In this document: one piece after another, positions 43,820 to 59,335 of the stretch
Layout of the letters: each line of letters begins with the position of its first letter
Position numbering within the stretch: the first letter of the stretch is position 1
Source of the DNA: the human T2T-CHM13v2.0 reference genome, Homo sapiens
DNA: 64,000 nucleotides
Reading direction: 5' to 3' (one strand)
Assembly: GCF_009914755.1 (NCBI RefSeq)
Contig: NC_060929.1
Program-made: the position numbers and the translations under genes
The notes under the pieces: model-generated
Databases searched by the model: none
Seen by the model: the letters and a program-made list of their open reading frames with translations, nothing else
What the model was told of the DNA's origin: nothing

Positions 43820-44030
43820 AGTAGAATATGAGGTTTAAGTGTGTTCTGGGGGCCAGCCAGCTTCTCTGTGCCTTAGTTTCCTGACCTGCAAAATGTGAAA
43901 AAGAAACAGTTCTTTATTAATATATTTGTTATTAAGATTTAATGACTTCATATTTGTAAAGCACTTATAAGCGGTCATGGGCATATCATAAACACCGCAA
44001 TGACCATATTATAAGCACTGTGTTGTTAAC
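43820..44030 (+). mobile_element. MIR
   Basis: ctctgtgccttagtttcctgacctgcaaaatg...tgtaaagcactta. Confidence 0.7.
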
Positions 44031-44384
44031 TGATATAGTTTGGCTGTGTCCCCACCCATATCTGACCTTGAATTGTAATAATCCCCACATGTCAAGGGTG
44101 GGGCCAGGTGGTGATAATTGAATGATGGGGGCAGTTTCACCCGTACTGTTCTCCTGTTAGTGAGTAAGTCTTAGGAATTATAATGGTCTTATAAATGGGA
44201 GTTCCTCTGCACAAGCTCTCTTGCCTGTTACCACGTAAGACTTGACTTTACCCCTCATTCACCTTCCACTATGATTGTGAGGGCTCCTCAGCCATGTGGA
44301 ACTGTGAGTCAATTAAACCTCTTTCCTTTATAAATTACCCAGTCCTGGGCATGTCTATTACCAGTGTGAGAACAGATTAATATA
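44031..44384 (+). mobile_element. THE1 solo LTR (THE1C-like)
   Basis: tgatatagtttggctgtgtccccaccc...attaaacctctttcc; TSD ttaac/ttaat. Confidence 0.92.
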
Positions 44385-44402
44385 TTAATTATTAAATAAA
44401 TA

Positions 44403-47366
44403 CAGTTGACCCTTGAGTAGCACAGTTTGAACTGAATGGCTCCAATTATATGCAGATTTTTAAAATAAGTATATTGGAAAATGTTGTGGAGATTTGCGAC
44501 AATTTGAAAAAACCCACAGATGAGCTCCATAGCCTATCAATGTCAAAAAAATAATAAAAGGTTATGTCATGAATGCATACAACATGTAGGTTCTAGTCTA
44601 TTTTATCACTTACTATAGAGTATATACAAATCTATTATAAAAAGTTAACATTTTCTAAACTTACGCTCAGATTACAGACCTTAAATGGTGCCATTTGCAG
44701 CTGAGAGAAATGTAAAGATGCAGTATTAAATCATAACTGCACAAAATTAACTGTGGTACATACTACACTACTGTAATAATTTTATAGCCGCCTCCTGCCA
44801 CTATTGCAGGGAGCACAAGTGTGGAGAGTATCTACTTAAAACACCATGTGATGCTCATAATCTCCATGTGAGCAGTTCCTCTCTCCAGTAAATTGGGCAT
44901 CACAGTAAAAAGTGATCTCTCATGGTTCTCGCATGTTTCATCATGCTTAGTGCAATATCATGAACCTCGAATAACACCACGAGGCCCATACAAAGTGCCA
45001 CTAGTAATGCTGGAAGTGCTCTCAGGAAGCAAAGAAAAGTTAGGGTGTTATAAGAACAAGTTGAATTGCTTGATATATACCATAGTTTGAAGTCTGCAGC
45101 TGCGGTTGCCCACCATTTCAAGATAAATGAATCCAGTGTAAGATTAATTGTATAAAAACAAAAAGGAAATTTACAAGGTTGTCGCTGTAGCTATGCCAGC
45201 AGGCACACAAACCTTGCATGAGATAGATACGTTGAAAATGGAGCTTTTATGTGGATGCAAGATTGTTATAAGAAAGGCATACCTATAGAATGCAATATGA
45301 CTCGAGAAAAAGCAAAGTTATTTTATGGCAACTTAAAGCAAAAGGAAGATGAAGGATTTAAAGCTGGAGAATTTTAATAGTAGCAAAGGATGGTTTGATA
45401 ATTTTAGTGGTTTGGCTTTAAAAACATCGAGATAACAGGAGAAGCAGCTTCTGCTGACTAAGGCAGCAGACAAGTTTCCAGCTGCCATTAAGAAAATCAT
45501 TGAGGAGGCCAGGTGCAGTGGCTCACACCTATAATCCCAGCATTTTGGGAGGCCCAGTCGGGAGGATTGTTTGAACCCAGGGGTTCAAGACCAGCCTGGG
45601 TAACATTGTGAAACCCTGTCTCTACTAAAAAATAAAAAAATGAAATACAAAAATTAGCCAGGAGTGATGGCGCATGCCTGTAGTTCTAGCTACTCAAGAA
45701 GCTGAGTTGAGAGGATCACCTGATCCCAGGAGGCAGAGGTTGCAGTGAGCTGAGATTGTGCCGTTGTGCTCCAGCGTGGGTGTCAGAGTGAGACCCTGTC
45801 TCAAAAAAACAAAAAAAGAAAATCATTGAGGAGAAAGGATATGTGCCTGAACAGGTTTTTAATGCAGGTGAAAGTGCCATATTCTGGAAAACAGTGTCAA
45901 AAAGGACATTTATTAGTAAGAAAGAGTGTCATAAAGGACTTTTATTATTAAGGATTTAAGGCAAGAAAGGATAGGCTAACTCTTCTGTTTTGTGAAAATG
46001 CAACCAGGTTTGTAATCAGGACTACCCTTATCTATAAAGCTGCTGACTACAAAGAGAAAAGATAAACACCAGTTGCCAATCTTTAGTATAACAAGAGGCA
46101 CTGAGCAAGGAGAATGCTTTTTCTGGATCGGTTCAATTGATGTTTTGGCCCTAAAGTCAGGAGTACCCTTCCAGGAAGAAACTGCCTTTTAAGTTATTTT
46201 TATGTTGAACAATGACCCTGGCAACCCAGAATGCCATGAGTTCAACAACAAATGCTTCAAAGTGGTCTACTTTCTCCCAAACACAACATCTCTAATTCAG
46301 CCTCTTGATAGGGAGGTCACAAAGATCTTTAAGGCACATAACACATGGAGCTCTATGGATAAGATTTGTCAGTGCTACGGAGGAGAACCCTGATAGAGAC
46401 AGTATCGTAAAAATATGGGAGTATTACACCACTGAAGGTGACATCATTGTTATAGTAAAAGCCATGAAAGCCATCGGGCCTGAAACGATAAACTGTTAAA
46501 AAGAGCCCTGTCCAGAGGTTGTGCATTGCTTCCCAGGATTTATGGCAGAGCCCATCAAGGAATTCATATAAGGGATTGTAGATATGGCCAAAAAAATACT
46601 GGGAGGGTTTCAGGATACAGATTTTGGAGAAATGCAGACACTTATAGACACTACACCAGAAAAATTCAAAGAAGATGACTTGATGGAGGTGAGTGCTTCC
46701 AAACCAGTGGCAGACGGTGAGGAAGAAGACATAGAGGAAGCAGTGCCAGAAAACAAGTTGACAGTAGAAAATCTAGCAGAAGGGCTTTGATTATCCGAGA
46801 CTGCTTTTGACTTCTTTTATGACGTGGAGGGCACAGAAACTAAAGCAAACCATGAGAGTATTGGTACCATATAGAAACATTTTTAGAGAAATGAAAAAGC
46901 AAAACAGACAGAAATCATGGTATATTTCTGTAAAGTTGTACACAGTGTGTTTTCCCCTCCAGGCTCCCCTTCCACCTCCTCCAACTCTTCTGCCTCTGCC
47001 ACTCCTGGAACACCAATACCAACCCCTCCCCTTCTTCCCCATCCTCAGCCTACTCAAGGTGAAGACAATGAAATGAAGACCTTTATGATGACCCACTTCC
47101 ACTTAATGAATAGTAAATATAGTTTCTCTTCTTTATGATATTCATAAGAACATTTTTTCTGTAGCTTACTTTATAGTGAGAATATGGTATGTAATACATA
47201 TAGCATACAAAATATGTGTTAACCGACTGTTTTTGTTATTGGTAAGGTTTCTAGTCAACCAAAGGCTATTACTTGTTCAGTCTGGGGGAACTGTCAAAAG
47301 TTATACAGAGATTTCTGACTGTGTAGGGGTTCAGCACTCCTAGCCCCCTTGTTTAAGGATTAACTG
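44403..47366 (+). mobile_element. Full-length Tigger2 (TcMar/pogo) DNA transposon with dead transposase
   Basis: TIRs cagttgacccttgagta...ttgtttaaggattaactg; TA TSDs at 44401-44402 and 47367-47368; transposase remnants (KVVYFLPNTTSLIQPLDREVTKIFKAH; GFQDTDFGEMQTLIDTTPE). Confidence 0.92.
45507..45817 (+). mobile_element. AluJ inserted in the Tigger2 transposase
   Basis: 18-bp TSD aagaaaatcattgaggag at 45490-45507 and 45816-45833. Confidence 0.95.
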
Positions 47367-47509
47367 TATATTTACTTTTGTCTTGTATTTTCTTTCAACT
47401 ATCAAGTAATTTTTCCCTAATGATACAAACCTGCCACTTCATAGTCAAGGACCAAAGATCATCACTTGACTCTGTTTTAGAAAATAAATGTGCACTTAGA
47501 ACAAGGTAC

Positions 47510-48088
<579 letters not shown>

Positions 48089-48156
48089 TGAAAGGAAGAG
48101 ACACTATTTCTTGGATGAAATCAAGAAGTCCACTTTCCAACTGACTGTTGATTTTG

Positions 48157-48544
<388 letters not shown>

Positions 48545-49599
48545 CTATGCCAAGCTTTAGTAATCTTGGATTACTGGATTTAGTGCCTGAAAGGGAGCTT
48601 TAGTTCACTAGGACATGTTAATTCACCTCATGTATCTCCTATTATGACAAGTGTGACTTTACCCTTTTACCTACAATTGCTATGGCAGCTACACAGGATC
48701 TTTCTCAGTGTTCCTATTTCGTGGGAATCTTGAACTACAATTTTCACAAAACATTCACCTAATAGGTGTGAATATATATTAAATCAATAAAAAGTACACC
48801 TATATCAATTTCCACTAAGAACAATCAAAGGAAATAAATGTGAAAGATGCCTTGGGTTTTCTGGGATCTTTTCAAGCACTTGTAAGGATTTGAGTGTGAA
48901 ATTTTTTTTTTTTTAATCTAAAGAATAGGTTTGTATTTTTTTTTCTTTTGCATCCTTGTGTATCAAATTTTTGTCACATATCTTCACCTTCCTTCTTCAA
49001 ATATAGTTCTTCCTTAAGGTAGCAGGAGATTTTCATTTTGAGTAGCTAATTTATTTATCAGTATTACCTGTAGATAACTTATGACAGAGACAAGCTACAC
49101 ATGGAAGGAACAGACCTTTCTGTTCCAAAGTGATTTATATTTATTGAAGCTAACCTGTTTCTATTGGTATTTACTTTTCTTAAACCTGGCAGCAAGCAAA
49201 ATTCTACTATTTTTTTTAGTGACTGGTGGGGATAGTCTCTTAATCAGAAACACATAACAAATATAAAATACTGGCAATATGTGTTTCTTGATAAAGTAAG
49301 TTAGCAATACAGGAAGATCCAATGTTCTATACATAGAATGCAAATTTCAGAACAATTTAATTCAGTTATTCAGAAACTAGTAAACAAAAATATGTTTTCA
49401 TGTTTACTTCATACCATGTGACATACATTTAAAGAATTACTGATTGATAATAAAGGACATGATAACAAATGTGAATCAAACTTCATAACAGTTATATGAG
49501 TATTTTTATAAGTATTACCAACTTTATATTTATAGATTGGATATTAACTGTATATGGTACTATTAGATAAATTCAATATTTATAATAAACTTAGCATAT

Positions 49600-49727
49600 A
49601 TTAGCATATTAGTGTGTGTATATATGCTATATGGCATTGGAAACATATATATATGCACACATACACATACATATATATGCACACATATATATACATATAT
49701 ACACACACACACATATGTATATATATC
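49600..49727. repeat. TA/CA low-complexity repeat
   Basis: Read directly. Confidence 0.85.
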
Positions 49728-50087
49728 TGATATGGTTTGACTGTGATCCCACCCAAATCTCATCTTGAATTGTAGCTCCCATAATTCCCATGTGTTGTGG
49801 GAGGGACCCAGTGGGAGATAAATGAATCATGAGGATGGTTTCCCCCATACTGTTCTTGACATAGTGAATAAGTTTCATGAAAACTAATGGTTTTATAAGG
49901 GGAAACCTCTTTTGCTTGCTTCTCATTCTGTCTACCCTGCCACCATGTAAGACATGAGTCGCCTTCTGCCATGACTGTGAGGCCTCCCCAGCCACAAGAA
50001 ACTGTGAGTCCATGAAACCTCTTTTTCTTTATAGATTACCCAGTCTCAGGTATGTCTTTATCAGCAGCATGAAAACAGACTAATAAG
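49728..50087 (+). mobile_element. THE1B-like solo LTR
   Basis: tgatatggtttgactgtgatcccacccaaatctcatcttgaattgtagctcccataattccc...aaaacagactaata. Confidence 0.92.
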
Positions 50088-50226
50088 GTATCCAGTTAAA
50101 CAAATCTTCATATTTTATACAAAAAGATTACCTTTTTGAGAATTATGCATTTTATCTCTTACCTGCTATTAAAGAGGGTCTCCCATTGTGTTTTTCACAT
50201 AGTGAGTCTTGGCCTGTGAACATAGT

Positions 50227-50642
50227 TGTGTTAGTCTGTTTTTGTGTTGCTATAAAGGGATACTGGAGACTGGGTAATTTATAAAGAAAAGAGGTTTAGT
50301 TGGATCATGGTTCTGTAGGCTATACAGGAAGCACGGTGCTGGCATCTGCTCAGCTTCTTGTGAGGCCTCAGGAAGCTTTCAATCATGGCAGAAAGCCAGA
50401 GGAGAAGCTGGTGTAACACATGGTGAGAGCGGGAGCAACAGAGAGGAGCTGCCCCACTCTTAAACAACCAGGTCTCACATGAACTCAGAGAGAGAACTCA
50501 CTCCTTAACAGGGGTTGGCGCTAAGCCATTCGTGAGAGACATGCCCCCATGATCCAATCACCTTTCCGCAGGCCCCTCCTCCAACTTTGAGGATTACATT
50601 TCAACATGAGATTTGGAGCTGGAAAACATCCAAATAATATCA
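50227..50642 (-). mobile_element. MSTB-like solo LTR
   Basis: tgtgttagtc...gctggcatctgctcagcttc...atatca; TSD ATAGT at 50222-50226 and 50643-50647. Confidence 0.92.
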
Positions 50643-51019
50643 ATAGTTAAAATATTTAATTAGCTCTTAACTCTTTGATAATTTTAATCAAGTATATCTA
50701 TATCAGGGAAGTTTTTAATAGAATTTCTTTGTCTTAAGTACTTAAAAATTATTTTGGGATCTTTTCCTGTAATTCAGTGAAGGCTCCAAAAGAACATTTA
50801 ATATATCCAGCATAATTTTGCAAGATTCTATAACTGGAAAATTAAAAGGAAAAAAATTCAGAAGTATTGTCTAGTGATTATGGGAGGAAATAACTCTCGG
50901 TAGTATTGAATTCAATAACTTCCTAGCCACCTCTTCAGATTGCTTCAGGGTAAATGTTGACCAGAGGCAGAACCAGATTCTGTGTTGACAAAAATGTTTT
51001 CTTAAAAATATAATCCTTT

Positions 51020-51644
<625 letters not shown>

Positions 51645-51789
51645 CAATTTTTATAAAATAGTGTACCCAAATTGGAAACAATAGAGGGACACTTCTACTG
51701 GGGTTTTATACATGGTCTTAATACCACTTTCAACCTAATATGATATTCTGTATACAAAACAGAATGTGAATTCTCAGCCCACAGTTTGT

Positions 51790-52850
51790 CAAGTCTATGT
51801 TCTCCCAGATTTTTCTTTTTAGAAAATGGTAACACCATTTGCTCAGTTGAAAAAATGTAGGTTATGATTCATTACTTTCACCTGCATACTATCTGTATGC
51901 TCTAGAGATGTTTCTTTAAAATAGGCCATGCCAGATCTTACCATTTCTTACCCTATCTGTATCCATAATGCTAGTTCAACGCACTGTCATCTCTTTCAGG
52001 GAATACTGCGATAATATCCAAACACATCTCCCTACTTTTAATCTCTAACAGCTGTGTTCCATAGAGCATCTAGAATTAATCCTTAACAATAATTTTAACA
52101 AATCACCTTTCTTTCCTATACAAGATCTGCCCAATAACTCCCTATTATAATTAGAATACAATCTAAAATTCTTGTTATGACTTACAAGAACCTATATTAT
52201 ACAGCCTTTCCTGGCTCTCTGGATAGTTCTTACCTTACTCGTTACACTACACCTACCTTTTAAGTTCATTTTTATCTTGGGACCTCTGCACATGCAGTTC
52301 CACGCAGACTGGAATGCCCTTCCATGTCATCCTTGCATGGCTGACTTCTTTAGTACATTCAAGTCTCTCTTCAGAAATAACTTTCCTTAACAACCATTTC
52401 CAAAGGTGTGCTAGTGAACTGTCTTTCTGAGAAAAAGAGGAAGCTCTGATTTATAGCTTTTGTCAGTTTCTGTGGTATATAACTACCACCACAATTTCAA
52501 GTACCCAGTGGCTTAAAAAACTTACTTATGAAATTTCTGAATATTTTATAATCAGCTCTCTCGAGCCAGTACATACTGGCTCCAGCATACCACTGATTCT
52601 GGAATATTCACTGCCACCCCCTGCCCACCTATTTCTCTTTTTTCCTCTATTACCTACCTAGTTTATTTTATTTGCACTGCGTGAAAATATCTATGTGTTT
52701 CTCCTTTGTGTTTCTTCTCAAAAATAGATATGCCATTTAGAGCAGGGGCTTTGTCTAATTTTCTACTGTATCCTTGATATCCAAAACAATCCCTGGAAAA
52801 TGGTAGATATTCTGGAATCATGTGCTCAATAAATGAATAAATACGTGAGT
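51790..52850 (+). mobile_element. L2 3' region, interrupted by MER63
   Basis: gggacctctgcacatgcagttcc...ctggaatgcccttcc; gagcaggggctttgtc...ctcaataaatgaataaat. Confidence 0.7.
52405..52595 (-). mobile_element. MER63-like hAT MITE
   Basis: ggtgtgctagt...aatcagctctctcgagccagtacatactggctccagcataccactg. Confidence 0.7.
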
Positions 52851-55800
52851 TAATGTTGCATGCTATCCTTGGTCATCTCAAGAAAGCCAGAGGCTGGAGC
52901 TCATGCCTTTTAATTCTTCGTAGCAATGTCTCCTTTTTGTCCACCTCAAATGAGAGAAAAATCTGGGAAAAAGTTATCCTATGTTTGAAGGGAGCAGGTG
53001 AGGAAAGTTCTAATCTTTCATCTGAATCTTAAGTTATTTCATCTGAAAGCTTTTTTTTTGTTATACAGATAAAATCACCCCAATTTTTTAAAAAAATCTT
53101 TTTGCACATGGTTAAAATGCTGCTGAGATGTCTTGGTATTTTGATTTTTATCATCTAACCTGGCTTTTCATTACTTAAAATCTACCAATAGTTCACATTT
53201 GCTCAATTAAGTCTGATGATGATTAGCTTATTACTTCCATAATTATCCTCTGTATAATAGCTACATAAAAAGATAAACTTCTTAACAAAATAAAGCACAA
53301 TTTGAAATCATTTTCCGCAGAGCCAACCCCAGTTTGACAATAAGTTTTACTGCCTTTGAATACCTTCTCCTGTAATAAAGCCAAATGGATTTTCCATTAT
53401 TGCAAACTACTCACATAATACCAGCAGGATAAAATGATGATTCTGAAGACAGAGTAAATAATCAGTGACTCAATGTCCCCATTTAAGTTAAGAAGTAAAA
53501 CAGTTATGTTTTCCTCCCTCCCTCCTGTGGCCAGTGAATGATCTATTTGATATATTTGGAATTACTTGTAGGTAAGGCAAAGATCCTCTGAGTATCTGAG
53601 ATATCCAGCCTTGTTTCATTAAACACCTCCTGTTTGAGAGAGTGTTTTTGGCAATTTACTTTACCTTCATGAATTGCCAACTTTGAGACCTAGAGAATTC
53701 TGTTCTGAAACATGCTCTTCCGTGACATAAAAATATCCAGCTGTATGGTATGTGCTCATCTTGCCTCAAGACAGTGACCTTTCCAGGGTTATTTGGAATT
53801 TGGCTAGTTCTTTGCTATGCTGGATATTTTGAAATTGGCAAGGACATTAAACTGTTAACTAGATTTCCCCCCCTCACTTCTGTAAACAATAAACTTAACA
53901 CAAAATTTTATTCTCAAGGAAATGATCCAACAGTGTTTCCTTGGTTCTGATTTGCTGCTGCATTAATAGCATTATCATTAAAATAATTTCCTCCTTGTTC
54001 TAGAAATATGTAAGTATAAATCCTTTTATCAACCATTGAAACTGTGGATTGTTAAACACTGTTATCCAAAGCATTATTTCATGAGAAACAACTGATTTGT
54101 GTTTCAATTTGCACATTTTAGAAACAAGCATGTCCATCCTGTACCCCAGTTCTTTGACATATTAAGAGCCGTGTTCCGGAGCCTATAATGAATGATTCGC
54201 AAAGGAGAGTCACAAGATAAAGCTCTCCATACTTATATCTGCCAAAAAGAGAATTCTGTTTATAAGAGCTCCTCATGGAAACTCAGGGTGAATCCAGCTT
54301 CAAACAGAGGATAAGGTTTGTTTCACTACAGGGATTCAGAAGTTGCTATTTCCACATTTATACAAAATAAACTACAGGCAAGTCAGAATTGCAATCCAAG
54401 CAGTGACCTCTATCTGAGCCCCCATAAACCAGATAATTCACCTCTGCCCCAAGCAGACTACAGACTTTGAAGATACATGATGCTGACTGCATGCAGATCT
54501 TCTCAGAAAATCTACTGGTAGTTTTGACTCTCCTCTCCAGAAAGAAAAAGACTGTAGAAATATAAACAAACTCATCTCTGATATCCTGAAAGATCTGTTT
54601 GTTTTATAGAATTATCTGTTCATGTGACAATTTTAAAATATTTGCGCTCGAATTAAGGTTTCCTGGTTAGAGGTGGAAAGCTGATGATATTTGTATCTAG
54701 TCTGAAGGCATGATGGCAATTGTCTTCCTCCTAACAAGTTTAAAACAAGATTTTACTGTGTCAAAATCTTTCTAGTTAGTAAATACTATTTAAACCGTAT
54801 GAAGTACTAACAAAGATAATTGCTTCCAAGTAACAGGTGGATAATTCAGTAGTAGACTTAATCACAGGATGATGGGTTTTGAATCTATGTAAAAAGTAGG
54901 CATACTCCTTCCTTGCATAGGCCTACTCTAGTTACACAGAAGCGGTTATATTTTGGCATTGTACCAGCAATTCTCTTTCATGAAAAGTTATCTTATTTCT
55001 GGTAAGCAGTGTATTTAGCCAGATTCATTGTTCTTCTCTTATATATAAACATAGAGATGGTTCCCTTTGTTTTTAAAGGAAAGCAGGAAAGTAATTTATG
55101 TTTATAGTCTGTAGACAGACATGATATCACTCAACTTATATATAAAGGGGAGATTAGCTAGACTTAACACCTTCAAGGGGAGTAACCATGTCTCCTTTAT
55201 AACATATGTGAAATTTCTTCCTCTCTGCTCTCCTACCCACTGGGTGCAATGTATAAGCAAAGGACTGTATATGCAATGAATTTTTAATGGATGAATGGAT
55301 GGTTGTTATTTATTGTGGCCTGCATCTGAGATTTGATCAGCCTTGTTAGTTTGGATTCCATTTCCATGTGATGGGGCTAGAAAGATCTTGCCAATTCAGA
55401 AGTCAAATAAAATGAATAAATATCACTTGATAAAGTGGACAAATCCTTCACAAATTAAAGTGAGACTGTTACTGAAGCCAGATGAGCAAACGTTGGATAC
55501 ACATGTGTATAGCAAAAGCCAACTGGAACTTGAAGTTTTGAATGTCTTACAACAAGCTTGGCCAGGGTGGTTAAAACAAACTGTCATCCATAATGACCCG
55601 TGCCAGATCCAGTTAGCTTTAAATAGATTATGCCTGCCTATAATGTGAAAAAAAATTCACTGGTCAGTTGAAGACTACCTGAATATTGTCTGTTTGGTCC
55701 ATCAGATTGGAAGATTGGTTAGAAGGATGTAAAGATCATTGTGTAAATAAAATGATTGATATTTTTCTAATGACAACATTCACTTGGTACTTATTAAGCC

Positions 55801-56903
55801 ACAACACTAAGCTGAAATGCCACTGAATAATTTTTAACTCAACATGGGAAATTATACAGTACAATTCTCTGAACCCAAATGTAAGAAACATGAGATAAGT
55901 CTTTGTCCAGCAGTAAAATACTTGAGACACTCCTGTGACAGGGCTTAGGTGGCTTATAGGAAATGAGTCTGTATTTGTGAGGGGAAAAAAATATTCAGTA
56001 GATACCTTAAGTTCAAAAAACACTCAGAATTCTTGACAATAAGTGCACCAGTATTTCTGTAGGTCTACTGAACTATCTAAAACTGGAAACAAGCTTACTT
56101 TGTACATTTTAAGCTAATGGATAACTCTAGATTTTGTGATTCTGTGTTTCACATGTAGTGTTGAGAGATTAATACGCTTTTTTTTTTAACAAAACAAAGT
56201 GAAAAATCAGAGTAATGATACAGATCAGTGGTTGAAGGAGAAAGATGAAACTGGAGGAGGGAGAGATACATTAGTAACAGAACGACCGGCAGAGCTTTTC
56301 CAAATGACTTACATCCCTGGGCTTTTCCCCTTCTGCTTTTGATTCAAAAAATTTTGGATGGGCTTAATGAGAGATATTTTGAGAAAATAATTATGACATT
56401 TTCCTTCCTCCTTCAATTTAAGTAATAACCACTGATCCAGATGATGATAATGATGATGATAATAGTAATAATAATAAAATAATAAAATCTGATTGATATA
56501 AATAATTCTTCTGCCCTTATTTATTCAGATGAATTTGCAATAACACTTTTCAAGTTAGCATATCATAAAATAATATCCCAAGGGATGTAAATACAACTAC
56601 CTCAAAAATAGATATGGAGATAAAGTATCATATTTAAAGCAATTTTTTGTAATGTACATTAAATTAACTAGTTTCTTTTTAGTACTAATTCTCAGAGCTT
56701 TTAATATGCCAATGCATATTGTGATTCTAACAGAGAAATAACAATATGCACCAATATTACTTGATCAGAACATATATTTTATTTTCCCTTACCCCCACCA
56801 GTATTGTCTTTCAAAATAATGTACATTGTGATAGTTTGGACATGTACTTAACACTGTATATAACTTATATTGATTCAGCACATTTATACTTATGTAAGTA
56901 ATA

Positions 56904-57212
56904 CAGTGGTTCCTCAGTATCTGAGGGGGATTGGTTTCAGGACCTCTGCAGATCCAAAATCCACAGGTGTTCCAGTCCTATGTATAAAATAGCCTATTAT
57001 TTGCACATAACCTGTGCACACATCCTCCTGTATATTTGATATTATCTCTAGATTACTTATAATACCTGAATCAATTTAAATGCTATGTAAATAGTTGCTA
57101 TAGTATTAGTATTTTTGTGTTATCTTTTTTACTGTTGTATTGCTATTTTTTATTTTTTAAAAAATATTTTTAATCCATGGATGCAAAAGTCATGGCTACA
57201 GAGGGCTGACTG
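56904..57212. mobile_element. MER2 (Tigger-family MITE)
   Basis: TA|cagtggttcctcagtatctgagggggattggtttcaggacc...acagagggctgactg|TA. Confidence 0.88.
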
Positions 57213-58103
57213 TACTTGTATAAGAGCACTATACTTATCAGTACGGAATACTTATACAAGCATATACTTATATTGAGTTATTCAGTGTCTTGCTTTCCAG
57301 AATTTGAAAATAAGGCCACTGTATTTATACCTTTGTAGTGTGGACAATTTTGTAAGCCCTCAATGATAGTTGTCTTGTGTTTCAGGAAAAGGTTCTAATG
57401 TTTGAATGGAAAAAACAGGAGTAGTTTTAGAAATTATTATGTTTTAAGTAGTTTGGACAATATGATGAAAGAGAGTGGTAAGAAAGTGATAGTTGTAACA
57501 GAAACAAGCAATTATTAAATGACTGCAAAGTATTGGTCATCCTGAGTTGGTTTCTCTGACATGTGTAGACAAATTATGTAGCCCATCTCTGGCCACAAGG
57601 TAAGACTTTATATTACATATTTGGTTTACTAATTTACTACAGCTTTATCTGAATAGCTGTACATTTCTCTGAATAATTTCACATTTGTAACTGAGATAGA
57701 GGAACTTAACCAGAAGAGATGGAGATGACGGCGCTTGTGAGTTAGGTGGAAAGCTAACTGAGAAGCTGAGAGAGGAGGAAGAATGGAAAAATCACCATTT
57801 AGTATGAAACATGGAGACGGAGATAGCCCGTGACTTTGACCGGGCCACCTCAGTCATTGTGTAGGACAAAAGTCAGATTGGAATGTAAAGAGGCAGTGGA
57901 AACGTCAATATGACAACTCTGTTCTCTCTGACTTCTAAAATTCTCTTTTAATTACCTCTGTCAGTGAACATGATTCAGTAAAAGTAATTATGTGGGGATT
58001 TTGACGGAAGGGGCCAACAAAATGTTAGAACCACCATAATGTGGAGGACAAAGCACTCAGCATTCTGGTTTACTCTGAGGACTGTTTAAAAGTACAAAAT
58101 GAT

Positions 58104-58235
58104 TGGACTTGGTGGTGCACTCCTGTAGTGTCAACTACTCTGGAGACAGAAGTGGGAGGATTGCTTGAGCACAGGAGTATGCTTCTAGCCTGGACAACAT
58201 ACTCAGGCACTGTCTCCAAAAAAAAAAAAAAAAAA
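58104..58235 (+). mobile_element. Alu monomer (FLAM-like)
   Basis: ggtggtgcactcctgtagt...gggaggattgcttgagcacaggag...poly(A). Confidence 0.8.
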
Positions 58236-58319
58236 ATACAACTTTTTAAAATAACAAAATAGACTATATTTTCAGGTAACATTCCATAAGTATTACTCAT
58301 TAGAAAAAATACGTATGCC

Positions 58320-58636
<317 letters not shown>

Positions 58637-58829
58637 TTATGTTCCAAAATGCATTTTATTACCTTGTTGAAATACTTGTTTTACTTTTATGAAGATAGGG
58701 GCTCTCATTGTTAGTATTAGCAGTGAACCAAGATTAAAGCAGAACAGAATGACGAGGGAAGAGATAGAACATAGAAGAGGCAGCTTTGGAGAGAGCATTG
58801 TGTGACTCGGAGGGTGGTTGGGCCGGGAA

Positions 58830-58980
58830 GCCCCCTGTATCATTCACTTACTTCATCTATAAAATGCAGATTATAGTAGTAGTGAGTTTGTAAGATTATT
58901 ATGAAAAGTTAAAGTATTAATACCTTTAAAATACTTGGAATAGTTCCTCGCTTGCTCAATAAATGTTAGTTGCTATTTAT
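58830..58980 (+). mobile_element. MIR
   Basis: cttcatctataaaatgcagattatagtagta...ctcaataaatgttagttgctatt. Confidence 0.65.
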
Positions 58981-59064
58981 GTTGTTGTCGTTCTAACTTC
59001 TGGTATGGGTGACAGATAAGCTCATAAACAAATATATAAATAACCCAGTTGTATAAAGGGATAA

Positions 59065-59066
<2 letters not shown>

Positions 59067-59099
<33 letters not shown>

Positions 59100-59106
59100 A
59101 CACACA
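59067..59106. repeat. (CA)n microsatellite
   Basis: Read directly. Confidence 0.95.
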
Positions 59107-59129
59107 TTAAGCTAATGGGACAGAAAGCG

Positions 59130-59335
59130 AAGGATGTTGGTGCTAATTTTGCAAAAGTGATCTGGTCAGGGAAGTCTGTGTGCATGGATGGCATGTGCAT
59201 GAAGATTTCAGTGATGTGCAGGAGCCAGCTTTTTGAAGATGAGGGAAGAGCATTTCACGGAGGGAGCAGTGCATACAAAGGCTAGCGATGCAAAAGGGTA
59301 CAGAATGTTCCTTAGAAAGAATGGCCAAAATGCAA
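59130..59335 (-). mobile_element. L2 fragment
   Basis: gggaagagcatttcacggagggagcagtgcatacaaaggc. Confidence 0.55.
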
